A DNA stretch of 64,000 bases from the human T2T-CHM13v2.0 reference genome, Homo sapiens, in NCBI RefSeq assembly GCF_009914755.1, contig NC_060925.1; one strand, given 5' to 3'. Positions 48,241 through 60,570 of this stretch are shown piece by piece; positions within the stretch are counted from its first letter, which is position 1; each line of letters starts with the position of its first letter. The position numbers and the translations under genes are program-made. Under the pieces are notes generated by a model, which was not told where the DNA came from, searched no databases, and saw nothing but the letters and a program-made list of their open reading frames with translations.

Positions 48241-48839
48241 CAAAAGACTAATTGCTAAATATATGGCTTTCATCACCGAGGACCAAGTGATACAAGCAAA
48301 CTGATGCAGTCAGCTACCCATGCTGAAATTCTGCCTGAAAACATTCCCTGAAAGCCCTGGTTGACACTGTCATTTTAGATTTCAAAAAATAAGATATTAC
48401 TGGACAGCACCTGCAATTCTGTTGAGAAGTGATGTCCATGCCCAGATAACCAACCTGGAGCTGCTTAAAGGGGGAGCCCCAGGATACACCCATCATCCAC
48501 AATCTCTGCTGTGATCCATACTCCAGGCATCATTTCTCAAGCTTGACGCCATCTGCTATGAGTCTCTCAGCTACTGACCAATAGCCCATTTGCTCTTGTA
48601 CTGCCAGTTTTGGTTTGTTGCTTACTGTTGACTTTCTCATCAAAACCTTCGCTCCCCTTGGTAAGAATTGTATTTTCCCCCCGATTTGTGAATCTTGTTG
48701 ATTTAGCTTGTCCCCAAGATGTTCCCACTTTGGCCAGATGGCTCTCTTACTCAGTTCTTCCTTCTCCCCTAAAAGGAAGTCGATGACATTTTTTCCACTA
48801 CTTTCTTCATTTACCCTACTATCAGAACTTCTATGTCAT

Positions 48840-49010
48840 AGGAACAGAGAATGTTAGAGCTTTAAGAGATCTTGGAGACTATAAATTCCTGCCCCTCATT
48901 TAGCAGATGGGGAAACTAAGATGACTTAGTTCAGAGCTACAGATGTAATTATTGGTAGAGCCACAATTCATACCTAGACTCTTACCTCTTAGTTCAGCGT
49001 TCTTTCTGAA
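48840..49010 (-). mobile_element. MIR
   Basis: CCCTCATTTAGCAGATGGGGAAACTAAG. Confidence 0.65.
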
Positions 49011-49749
49011 TCCCTATCATAATCCATATCCTGAATTGTCTCTTTGGTACAGGAACCTAGCTGAACCAGCAGGAGATGCTGTGTAAACATCTGAGTGCCA
49101 CTCTTATGACCAAATACTCCTACTTAATGAGAATTGCTCATATAAAGAAGGCAATATGCATTAGAATATAATCAATACATGTATCTAAAAAGGGAAACTA
49201 CAGTGGCAATACTAGGATTCTCCTCCATGATTACATTATAGATCTTTTAGATCAAGGAGAGACAGTTGGGAAGAAAGGATCAAAATTCAATGCTTATGAA
49301 ATATAAATGAGATGATTTATAAATTCATTACATGCCATACATGTTGAATATCATTAACATTTTACTTTATCATACAAATAAATGCACCAGCTCAACAATT
49401 TATGAACAGAAATCCAATTAGCTTTTCTACCCTCTTACTCGGAACATTATATTAGAAGCCCTTGGGGAATCTTCGTAGATGTGCAAATGAGAAGGTGAAA
49501 ATTTTTCTTTCTGCTCTGAGGAGCATGTAATCCCAGGCATGTTTCCAGTGGTGGTTTAAGAGAGTCAGCTGGAGGGGGCCATTGGTAAGTGTCATCTGGT
49601 GTCACTGCAGACAGCGGTGCAGAGCAAGTTGACATCATAGTACATGCATGTGAGTCCAGGGAGCTACATGTCTCTTTGCTTGAGTGTGTCTCTGACACTC
49701 CCATTTTTGGTGTAACGTTGAGCTTCTTTGCTTATAAATATTGTGAATA

Positions 49750-50076
<327 letters not shown>

Positions 50077-51238
50077 TCAGGGTATATTATACAAAAGCTT
50101 CCTTGGTTTCATACCATTGGCCACTATTAAGATGTAGGGTTTTAGAAGTCGTGATGACCAGCATGGAGGGCATATGTAAGTAGGTGAGAAAGAGTCAGAA
50201 GACATTCGCGACAATGGCCAACATCGTTGAGGGTGGTTTTTCATAGAAGCCCACAAGAAATAACATGGAGGGGAAGTAATTTAACTTAGTAGGAAGAAAA
50301 TATCTCTCAAGGGCCCAGAGACTAGGTCCAGAGAAAAGCTGAAGAGTGTTGCCAGGATATTAGCATTAAGTCAAAAGAGAAACAAAAAAGGAACTATCTA
50401 AGAATGGAACCAGCGATTTCTCTCTTTTCCTCTGCTGACTTCGTGATTGTCACATAGTATTTTCTCTAAATTAAACATCTGAGTTCTATGTTAAAAGCGT
50501 TCTTATATGGTAGTTATAGCCGGTCCAGAAATTACAGATGTAATTTTCTCACATTTTTAAGACTAGAAGTTCTTGGACTTGCTCATAAAGACAGCATCAG
50601 AATATAGTAACGATCAATGACCTACAGATACAGTCAGCCCAGATAATAAATAACCAGGCTAAAAGAGTCTGAAAGCTGCTGCTCAGGAAGCTGGGCAGGA
50701 AATTGCAGTCGGAGGTTACAGTCCTCCCTTTTTTCAACCAAGCTGAACCAGCAACATTTCCACCTGAAACAGGTCTGCTCAAGTCTCCCTGGTCCCAGAC
50801 AATATCAGAAGCAAAATAAGAAACACAATTTGTAGAGAAGGAAATGTAACAAAAAGATTCAGTTTCCAGAAGGTGCTATTTCTTTGGAAGGTGCTACCAT
50901 GGGGAGCAATATAGCTATGTTGGCATGACATGGGCCCATGGGGAGCATCCTGCCTATGGAAGGTTGATGGGCTAAGTACACTGGCCTCAGTAGGACTTGG
51001 GTTGTTCATGGCTCCAGGTTGCAACAGGAATAAAAAATGCTGGATTTAGTATATGTGGCTATTACATATGCATAAGTAATATTACATATTACTCGTGTGT
51101 ATAAAGTACACAATTTGCATGATCAAGTAAACTTTATCAAAGATAACAGATAGACTAAAGATTCAAAATTCAGAGATGATTAATCATTTCATAAAGAGCT
51201 CTCATTTTTCAATAGGTGTCATTACAGGCTTTCTTTAA

Positions 51239-51652
<414 letters not shown>

Positions 51653-52539
51653 ACATTTATATTTATCAACAACCTTTCAAGAGTACATCTATTACATATA
51701 ATAATTTTCATCAGTAAATAACCTCCAGTGTGTATATAGTTTTACATGCACACCCAATTATGTTTTAGCAAAATTAATTCCATAATGTATAACCAAATAA
51801 ATGTATTACCTCACCCAGTAATTTTTAGTGATAATATGTAGGGATTTATACAAATGAGATTATCTCACTGCCACCTCCTCCCCTTGTAAGATCAGTAATG
51901 AGATCATTGCAATATACAGTAGGATTTAATAGAGATATTAAGTCAGACTTCTTTGTGTTCCTAATATATGTACATGTGACCCTTGGCTAGAATGCCACAA
52001 CCCTTGCCCTGGGTCGAGCCCTAAGTAATGCTATCATCTGGGTAGGATCAACCCAACTCATAAGCAACTGTCTCTAATGTGACTTAAGAGCTTATCAACA
52101 GGCTCACAGTTCCTAAACCATCTCCGTTACCTTGCCATAGACTCTGAACTACCACCATGAATTATTTCTCTAGATTAAGACTTTATCACGTCAGAGCCTT
52201 GCTAACACTGGCACATTACCCCATTCACTATTTAGCATAATTCAGTTTGCATTCCATAGCAAGCTTGGCCCTAAGAGGGTAAGATGGGAGAAAGGCTCAT
52301 CCCAGAGTGCTGGGCAGGGATATGAAGGGGAGACCTGAGGAAGGGAAAGGTGTGGGAGGGAATGGTTGGATAAAGCAGAACAACACATGCGCTTGCGTAA
52401 AGAGGAGAAAAGCGGGAACCAAAAGGAGGCAGGAAACAGAAGCTATGCAAATCCCTGACTTGGAACAGGTCCAGGTCCTCGGCAGTGGCTGTCAATGGTG
52501 GGTATACCTTTAATGGCATGGATGCAGAAACTGTTACGG

Positions 52540-53500
52540 GATCCTTCTGATCACACTGTTCTGTGAATTGTTCAGATAGAGATACACTTAAAATGCAAAC
52601 AGATCTAGTTACCAGCATTTGTCTTCACTAGTTTGGTCTTTTTGGCAGGGGAAGGGGAGATGAAGCCACTTTTAAAAAGTGGCTTTTAAAAAGTTGATTC
52701 AAATAAATACAATGATTGTTTAGCCTTTTCAGCATTGACACGACCCTCACTGCGTGTGTCCTGATCTTCCCCAGTAATTGATATCAAACTGAACAAGTGG
52801 GATCACTATTTCTTTTGACCCCCTCCTTTTCTCTCCTTTTAATGTTTCCACCAAAAATACTGGGCATCTTCTTTCAGAACCATCTCTAACTTTATTTATT
52901 TAAAATAACAATAATAGCTCCATGATGCCGTTTTCAGACACTATTCTAAATGTACAGTAGATCCTAATCAATTCCTCATATCCCCCAAGGGGCATGTCTA
53001 CACCTGTTCAGGGTGGCACTTAGATGTTCCGAGGGGTCGTGCTTCTGCTTGTGCCAGGAGTTATTTTCAGAAGGTTTCTATCGCTTCCTCATTGTCTGTA
53101 TTTTTCTTTTCATTTCTATTGCGGAAGACAGGTTTGAAGAATGAGTTCAATATCTCGGCCATTTCAGACCCATCATTAATTTCATGCCCAGCCTGATTTA
53201 TTTGTGGACCCGTTTTCACTTCAGTATCTCTTTTCCCCGGGTGTATTAGTCAAAAGCTCTTCTATTATTTTAACCCTGTTTACTAGAATTATCTTTGCCA
53301 CTACCTTGCGAGTCACACATGTTTTTTTTCTGTTCATAATTCTCTTCTCTCTACATCTCAGCATGGATTTTCCTACTAGAAAATCTACACAAAATCATTT
53401 CCCAAATCACAGCAGGTATTTCAAGGGTCTTTATGTTTTCTCTCCTTGGTGGAATTGTGATCTTTCTGACCTTAATTATTCTAGTAGACAGTTTGGTCTT
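52540..53500 (-). mobile_element. Ancient CR1/L3-type LINE ORF2 remnant
   Basis: Minus-strand translation gives KTGPQINQAGHEINDGSEMAEILNSFFKPVF (~53125-53220), NNRRAFD*YTRGK, and SLISITG(K)I (~52765-52792). These are CR1 ORF2 linker and RT-start motifs. Confidence 0.65.
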
Positions 53501-54233
53501 CCTTGCAGGCTTTGGTTGCTTCCTTTGCTTGTCAGAAAGGTGGCAGATCCCTGCTTCGAATCTCTTCTCCTGGGAGAGAGTTGGACCTGTGGATACTGCC
53601 TATGCCACCTGCTCTCTTGGGACAGCCAGCAATCTTGAGAAGTCAGGCCCGGCTTGATGGATGTCAGAACAGCAGGGTGACTCTGCCCTGAAGATCGCTG
53701 TGGAGCGTCTTCCTTCCAACCCTGGAACGAAGAGGCCTTAACAGCGGGGGTGCTTGTCTCTTGTGTTCTCTGGCCCCTTTCTTTCCCACCATCTATAAAG
53801 ATACAGAAGCCACAACTGTTACAAAGACCCAATTTAACTTCGGGGTCCCTAAGGCAAAATCAAGACAAAATGGAGAGAAGTGTCGATAAAATCTATCATC
53901 AGCCTTTTCCCTTGTCCCTCTCAAAGCATCTCCTGCTCCCGGGCATCCAGCATCTTGTTCTGGTCCCCTAAGTGTCTGGTCATAACTTTCCGTAAGCACA
54001 CTGCCCAGGTCTGCCCTCCCAGAATGTGCTCCTCCTTTGGGATATCTTTACCCTGCCACGATTACTATCTTAGAAGGAGCTGAGCTTGATTGCTTCTCAG
54101 AAGAGACTGGCCAGCTCACAATGACACTGCTTGGGGGCTCTGAGCCTCCTCCAATGCTTCTTAAAAAATAACGGTGTCTTCTGTTACCCCTCCTACCCCC
54201 TAGGAAATAACCCTGGTCAAATAGTGGGCTGTT

Positions 54234-54518
54234 GGCTGGACACTGTGAGCTCAAGCCTGTAATCCCAGCACTTTGGGAGGCCGAGGTAGGAGGATCACTT
54301 GAAGCCAGGAGTTCTAGACCAGCCTGGCCAACATAGTGAGACCCCATCTCTACAAAAACCTTTAAAAATTAGCTGGGTGTGGTGGGCAATACCTCTAGTC
54401 TTAGCAGCAGTATGGTTTGAGCCTGGGAGGTTGAGGCTGCAGTAAGTTATGATGACACCACTGCACTCCAGCCTGGGCAACAGAGCAAGACCCTGTCTCT
54501 AAAAACAACAACAAAAAA
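54234..54518 (+). mobile_element. AluJ with a small internal deletion in the right arm
   Basis: GGAGGATCACTTGAAGCCAGGAGTTC...GAGGTTGAGGCTGCAGT. TSD-like AAATAGT(GGG/TGA)CT. Confidence 0.9.
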
Positions 54519-54928
54519 TAGTTGACTCAATTTACTCAACAGCCTAAGTTGAAAGATACAATTGAAGTATCAGCAATAGGGCAGATTTGGTGGGAGGTGG
54601 AAAAGAGAGGGAATTCACACACTGAAATGATTACAAAAGAGAAAATGGGGAGTTGGGAAAGATTAAAATTAGCAGTGAGGGGGATGATGTAGCAGGAGCA
54701 ATGTTTCTTGCATTACAGATTGTCAGAGAAAAACAGGTGTCCTCAGCCTTTGTCCCCCAGAGTCGAGAAGGGGGCTTCCCCCGGCAGCTGGTCCTCCTCC
54801 TTCCACCCAAGGCCTCTCACCCTCTTGGGAGTACGAATGGGCCACCATCTCCTCCAGTCCTGTACTTCCACTGCTCTCCATCCCCCTCAGTTTCAGGACT
54901 GGCCCCAAGGAAAGCTTCCTTTTGCTCC

Positions 54929-55287
54929 TGATATGGTTTGGCTGTGTCCCCACCCAAATCTCATCTTAAATTGTGACTCCCGTAATTGCCACGTGTTGTG
55001 GAAGGAACCCAGTGCGAGATAATCGAATCGTACGGGTGGTTTCACCCATATCTTCTCCTGGTACTGAGTAAGTCTCACGTGATCTGATGGTTTTATAAGG
55101 GGAAACCCCTTCGCTTGGTTCTCATTCTATCTTCCTGCTGGCAGGTAAGATGTGCCTTTTGCCTTCCACCATGATTGTGAGGCCTCCCCAGCCACGTGGA
55201 ACTGTGAGTCCTTTAAACCTCTTTTTCTTCATAAATTACCCAGTCTCGGGTATGTCTTTATCAGCAGCATGACAATTGACTAATACA
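54929..55287 (+). mobile_element. THE1 (A/B-like) solo LTR
   Basis: TGATATGGTTTGGCTGTGTCCCCACCC...GACTAATACA with a perfect 5-bp TSD GCTCC. Confidence 0.93.
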
Positions 55288-55856
55288 GCTCCTCTTTCAA
55301 AAGCCTGGGGAGAGCTGTGGTTTGCTCCAGAGCATCAGAGCAACCTGTGTGGGCCCTGGGGACCTTTCCAGCTAGACATGGGCTGAGCACTCCAGATCCA
55401 TCACCTCATTTAATCCTCACAAAAGCTGGCAATAAAGATGATGACATGAGGTGTACAGGTTTGGGTGATTTGCCCAAGATCCAACAGCTGGTAAAGGGTT
55501 AACCATTGTGTGTGCATCCTGAGTGTGGGGTTCCAACAAACCTGTCTCCCTTCTCCTTTGGTGTGTTTGGCATGATGTCATCAGGGCAGGAGATGGGGCT
55601 CTGGGGGTTGTGCGCAGCACTGGGTCCCTATCCATGTTTCACACCAACTAGAAATCATTTTATTATTCATTCCACCTAAAGGGATTGACATGACTTTTCT
55701 GAGACAATAACTACTGAAGGTGGAAAAAAAGAACTGATGTCTTGCAATCATAGGCCTACGAGCCTGAGATTGTTACATAAACAGAGAGGAACTTTGATAT
55801 TCTTTTCAAAGAAGGCTACCACAGAACTCATAAGAAGAGTGATACCCATGTGTTGC

Positions 55857-56611
55857 TGAAACTGCCTCTGCAAAGATGATGTCAGTGAGAGAACTGTAGC
55901 ATGGCTGACTCCATCTTGCTTCCAGCCTCACACACTGCCTGTCTTCACTCATTCCTGGGCATAAGCCGATCCAACCATGGAGGAATTTAGTTTATAATTT
56001 AATTTTGAAGCAAAGGTGAAAATAGTCCTTCCCTAAAGCTGCTCCCGCCCTTGTTTGGGAGCCAAAATCGCCTATGTAAGATGAAAAAAAGGTCACAAGA
56101 CTAGAATTATGGGAGAGGCCTGAATTCTGCTAAAACGTAGGCATAGTTTCTATAAACCCTTATTGCTCAGGAGTCATGTGGCCAGAGGTCTGCTCCTATA
56201 GATCACATTAGTATTGTAGAACCTAAGATTGATCTTTTGAGATGTTTTTCAGACCTTTGCATTCTGACAACTGACTGGTCCTACCTGTATTCATTGAGTT
56301 GACTCATGAGTCAACCAGTTCTGTGGCCCCCATCCAGAGGCAGACTCAGCACATGAAGGCTGTTTTCCACACCCCTATGATTGCATTCCTAGCCAGTCAG
56401 AAGCATCCATTCCCTAGTCCCCTGCCCACCAAACTATCCTTGAAACACCTTAACATCTGAGCCTTCGGGGAAACTGATTTGAGTGATAACTCCTGTTCAT
56501 CCACATGGCTGGCCTTGGATTAAATAAACTCTTTCTTGACGGCAATACCACATTCTCCGTGAACTTTTTCTTTCTGTGCAGTGGGCAGGAAAAATCTGTC
56601 AAGTGATTACA
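55857..56611 (+). mobile_element. LTR8-family solo LTR (ERV1)
   Basis: TGAAACTGCCTCTGCAAAGATGATGTCAGTGAGAG...GGCTGACTCCATCTTGCTTC...GCAGTGGGCAGG...TGATTACA. Confidence 0.8.
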
Positions 56612-56619
56612 CTACAAGC

Positions 56620-56830
56620 CTCCTAAGTGCCAGGCACTGTGCCTGTGCTAACTGGGATCCTCAGGATAATTTTGCCAGGGAATGATTGCCTGCCACACAG
56701 CTGACTGAGCCTAGGTGCAGGGAGGTTACATGCCTTGTCAAGGCCACACAGCTAGGAGGAAGCTGAGCCTGGATTCAGGCTGGGCGAGTTTGAATCCAGG
56801 TATCCAACATTCCTGCTTCCCAAACACACA
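56620..56830 (-). mobile_element. MIR
   Basis: AAGTGCCAGGCACTGTGC...CTTGTCAAGGCCACACAGCTAG. Confidence 0.65.
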
Positions 56831-57149
56831 CTTTATAGCTGTTGAAGTAGCAAGAATGCGTTCAGGAACTCATCATAGGAGACATGCCCAGACTGTGCAC
56901 AGTTGTCCAAGAATTAGAGTGAAGAGGAAGAGTCATGGGTGAGGGTGGGAGCCAGAGTGGAAGGAAAGGGAAGAAGATTCTTCTAAAACAGATAAAGAAG
57001 GGGATGTGCCTGCTGGGCAGCTGTCTGATGGCACAAAACTGTCACCAATATCTACCTGGCTAACTCAGGTCCCCCAAACCCTTCCTCACCTTACTGTGTG
57101 GGTATAAATGACTGTTACTCTGAGCTTGGTGGGTAAGACCTGGAGTACG

Positions 57150-57293
57150 TAAACAAACAAACAAAACAAGCAGATAAAACAACAGAGAGAGAAAGAAAGA
57201 GAAAAGGGAGGGAGGGAGGGAGGGAAGAAGGAAGGAAGGAAGGAAGAAAGGAAAGAAGGAAGAAAGGAAGAAGGAAGGAAGGAAGGAAGAAGA
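57150..57293 (+). repeat. (AAAC)n plus purine-rich (GGAA/GGGA)n tract
   Basis: Direct inspection. Confidence 0.9.
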
Positions 57294-59325
57294 GTCCATT
57301 CGTTTTTCTCACTTAGGTAGAATTTCCATCCTTCTCTGAGCATTAGTTGTGCTCACGTGCATTTACATATGCTAAAAGCTGACAGCTGAGGCCAGTAGAA
57401 ATTTTGGAAACAAAGTACAATGTGGTGCTATGAATTAAGAATGAGTTTTGTTGTTTATATTTCAAATTATTGGATATGCCTCCTAAGAGTTACCTCCTTT
57501 AAGAAACTACAGGAAAGATATCTTAAGAGAAGGAGAATTATTGAAAATAATGGAGCATGTTTTACCAGATATTTTGATTTAAAAATTTTTTTGGACATGA
57601 ATTGCTTGGCCAATGAAAAGGAATAATAAAGGAAATCTGTTTGTCATTTCTGTCTGGCCCTAGTAAGTTTTCATTGTGCAAACATTTAAAGTGCCTTATT
57701 TTGATGGCATGTCAAGTTACAAGCTCGCCAGAGGTGCCCACATGCCTGGTCTGGCCCTGGTTTCAAGTAGCAATTTGAGCCAGCACTGCAAATCCAGCTG
57801 GATGACAGAGGTGAGTCCAGGAAAGATCAGGACAAGGCCAAAGAAACAGCCAAACTCTCCCAGGAGGGGCTGGAGGCTTCGATCAATTGTCATTGTCTCC
57901 TGTCCCTCTTCCAGCAAAGCTATGGCTGTTTCCTGGCAGCCCTGCCCTGAAGGACTCATCTCACTGTGTCCTTTGTGAGGCCAAGTCCCCTGCGATGCTC
58001 TGCCTTCTCCCCAGCAAGGGAGGGTAAACAGGGAACTCCTCCCAGGGAAAGGCTGCTGGCCAGAAGAGATAGGCATTTCCTTAGCAGGATGAAGGTCTGT
58101 TGCTCAAACAGACTTGCTGTTTGAGCAGGTGGAGAGGAGATGTGAGGCAAAAGGCAGAGCAGAGAAAGGAGGCATGGCTGGGACCGCCGGTGCTCCCACA
58201 GATGGGCATGGCCAAGTGTGGGCCACGTGGCTGCTGCAGAGGTTGCTGGTTTGGCTGACTCACCAGTGTGCCTTTGGAGAAGGCTGCTGTGGGAGCGAGG
58301 ACCCCAGGAGCAACAGGCTGTGGGGGCAATGCCGAGGGTGGGAGCAGAGGGGTTTGGAAGTGGGGGAGGTAACGTGGATCTTCCTTGTGTGCTCCATAAG
58401 CTGGCCAGCACCTGCCCCCCAACCCTCAGGCAAGCTGTCCTGGCCAGAGACAGGGTGGAGGCAGCCAGATATACAAGGGAGAACAGTCCTTTTTCAAATC
58501 CTTTGTTCCCAAGCAAATTGGAAGGAAGGAGGGACCTGGAAGAGAGAGGTGGGTAGGAGAGGAGAGCAACCTCTTTTGCTCTTTGTACCAAGGCTTCCTG
58601 GCTACAGCCTGGCCCGTGGGAGGGTGGGGGAGGGAGGGGAATTTGTTATTCGAATGGATGTGAAATAAATAGATACTTGAAATGGGCCTTGGCTGTTTCA
58701 GTTACTGAAAGTGAGTGGAATGTTATAAAATCTGCCCCAAATGTCATTCAGTGATGGGAAAGGGCATAGTTGAAGGGAGTGAATAAGAACAAAAAAAAAG
58801 TCACATTTGAATTCCTACTGAATTCAAACACCTCAATGAACTGGCTGCCTGTGTCCTACAGGGTCTGTTCCTGAGGGCAGAGCTGTATCCAGGCCAGTTA
58901 GAGGCAAAGCCAGGAGGGCTGGGGATATTGCTGCAGCACATACATGACAGAGGCCAGGGCTCAGGTCCTTGGGCTGCAGCGCCAGAGAAGATGAAGATGC
59001 TGGGAAGGGGAAGTGTGGGGGTTCAGTGTGGAGCAAATGCGTGAGGCACATCCTGGTGGGAAACAGTGGGAGAATAGAACAGCCAGGTGAACTGATCTCT
59101 GGGCTCAGACCAAGGCTGTGCACCTGAATTTCTGCTGAAGATCCAGAAATCAGCCCCCAAAGGAATCTGGATCCATTTTCAAGGTGCAGCCTTGCTTTCA
59201 ACTTCAGCAAATGATGATAGCAAGGTCTAAATCCTAATTAACAACAGCAGCTTACCTTTTTTGCAGGATCCCCATTCATTGTCATCATCCCCAGTTTACT
59301 GATGAAGACACTGTGGCCTACAAAG

Positions 59326-59690
59326 TGTGGCAGCTAGGTTACTTTCCACCAGAATTTGTCCCCACTTTCTAGAAGAGAGTTCTCAGTTGCTCTGACAAGC
59401 AGCTGCCTGTCCAAGGACTACGCTTCCCAGCTTTCCTTGCATCCTTCTCCACTTTCTCTCACCTCATCTCTTCGCTGGATGCTGAGGATGCAGAGGCCCT
59501 CATGGGTGGTGGGGCCACAAGACCAGAGAGACTGGTTCCCCAAATCAGGGTGTAGAGGGAAGCTGTCCTCCAACCAGGAGCATTTGGATTAAAATGAAAA
59601 TGCAGATAAAAAGTAAACTTCTATTATGCCAAGCTACCAAGATTTTGAAGTTCATTTGTTACAGCAGGCAGAATTATCCCAACTAGCACA
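59326..59690 (+). mobile_element. MLT1 (J/K-like) LTR inside the Gypsy remnant
   Basis: TGTGGCAGCTAGG...AAGATTTTGAAGTTCATTTGTTACAGCAGGCAG...AACTAGCACA. Confidence 0.7.
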
Positions 59691-60319
59691 GAGAAATGGA
59701 ATAAGTTTGACGAGCCAGCCAGGGAGTGGGAAGACTGGAGATAAACTCAGATCTGCCCAACTCCAGAGGAACACCCAGGCCAATCAGGTGCACAACCTGC
59801 CAATGCAGGTCTCATATATGAGGGGCTCCCCCTGCCCATAGAGCCTGCGTGTCTGTTTTCGCACCTAATGCTATTGTAATGGGGCGAATGTGGGCTGGCC
59901 CAAGGAGTGGACACAGGATAACTATTCTGAGTCTGTGGGTTCCCCTCTGGGGTCAGCATCCAAGCTGTGGGACATTATGCTGAAACTTCATACCAACCCC
60001 ACTTCCAGGTGGGACCAGACAGGACCAGACAGGAGGTCCATTGAGGTGTGGCCAGCAGACAATGTCTGTTTATTTTTGTTTTTTGGGGTTTTTTCTTTGT
60101 TTGTTTGCTTGTTTGTTTGTTTTGGATCGAAACATAGATGGGGCGGTCTTCCTAGAAAGGTACCTGTTCACTGGATTGTCCATGCTAACTCAAGGACCCT
60201 GGAGTAGGAACTGGAAATGGGTGAAGAAGTTCCACATATAGACTCCAGCAGAGCTTGGGAGCCATCCCGAGGGCTTCAGCTTCTGCTGTTTGACGTGGAA
60301 TTGACCTGACAGTAACAGT

Positions 60320-60570
60320 GATAACAGCAGCTGACGTTTATCCAGGGCTTCCAGGGTTCCAGGCACTGAGCTCACACTGTACCATCTCGTGTCATCCCCG
60401 CAGCAGTCTCACGAGCGAGGGTCTTCTGCCAAGTTCACTCTGTCAATGAGAAAATGAGGATGTAGAGGGAATAAGCCCCTTGCCCGGAGCCACACAATTA
60501 CAGAGCAGCAGAGCTGAGACTCACAGCAAACTCTGCTTCCAGAATTCTGCTCTGAATCACTGGTCTCCAA
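60320..60570 (-). mobile_element. MIR inside the Gypsy RNase H region
   Basis: CAGCTGACGTTTATCCAGGG...CCAGGCACTG...AATGAGAAAATGAGG...CTTGCCCGGAGCCACACAAT. Confidence 0.7.

Noticed and set aside
57676-58668. Overlapping long ORFs (211 aa minus, 184 aa plus) in a GC-rich stretch
   Set aside because: No recognisable domain, composition typical of chance ORFs in GC-rich DNA, non-ATG starts, and no clear exon structure.
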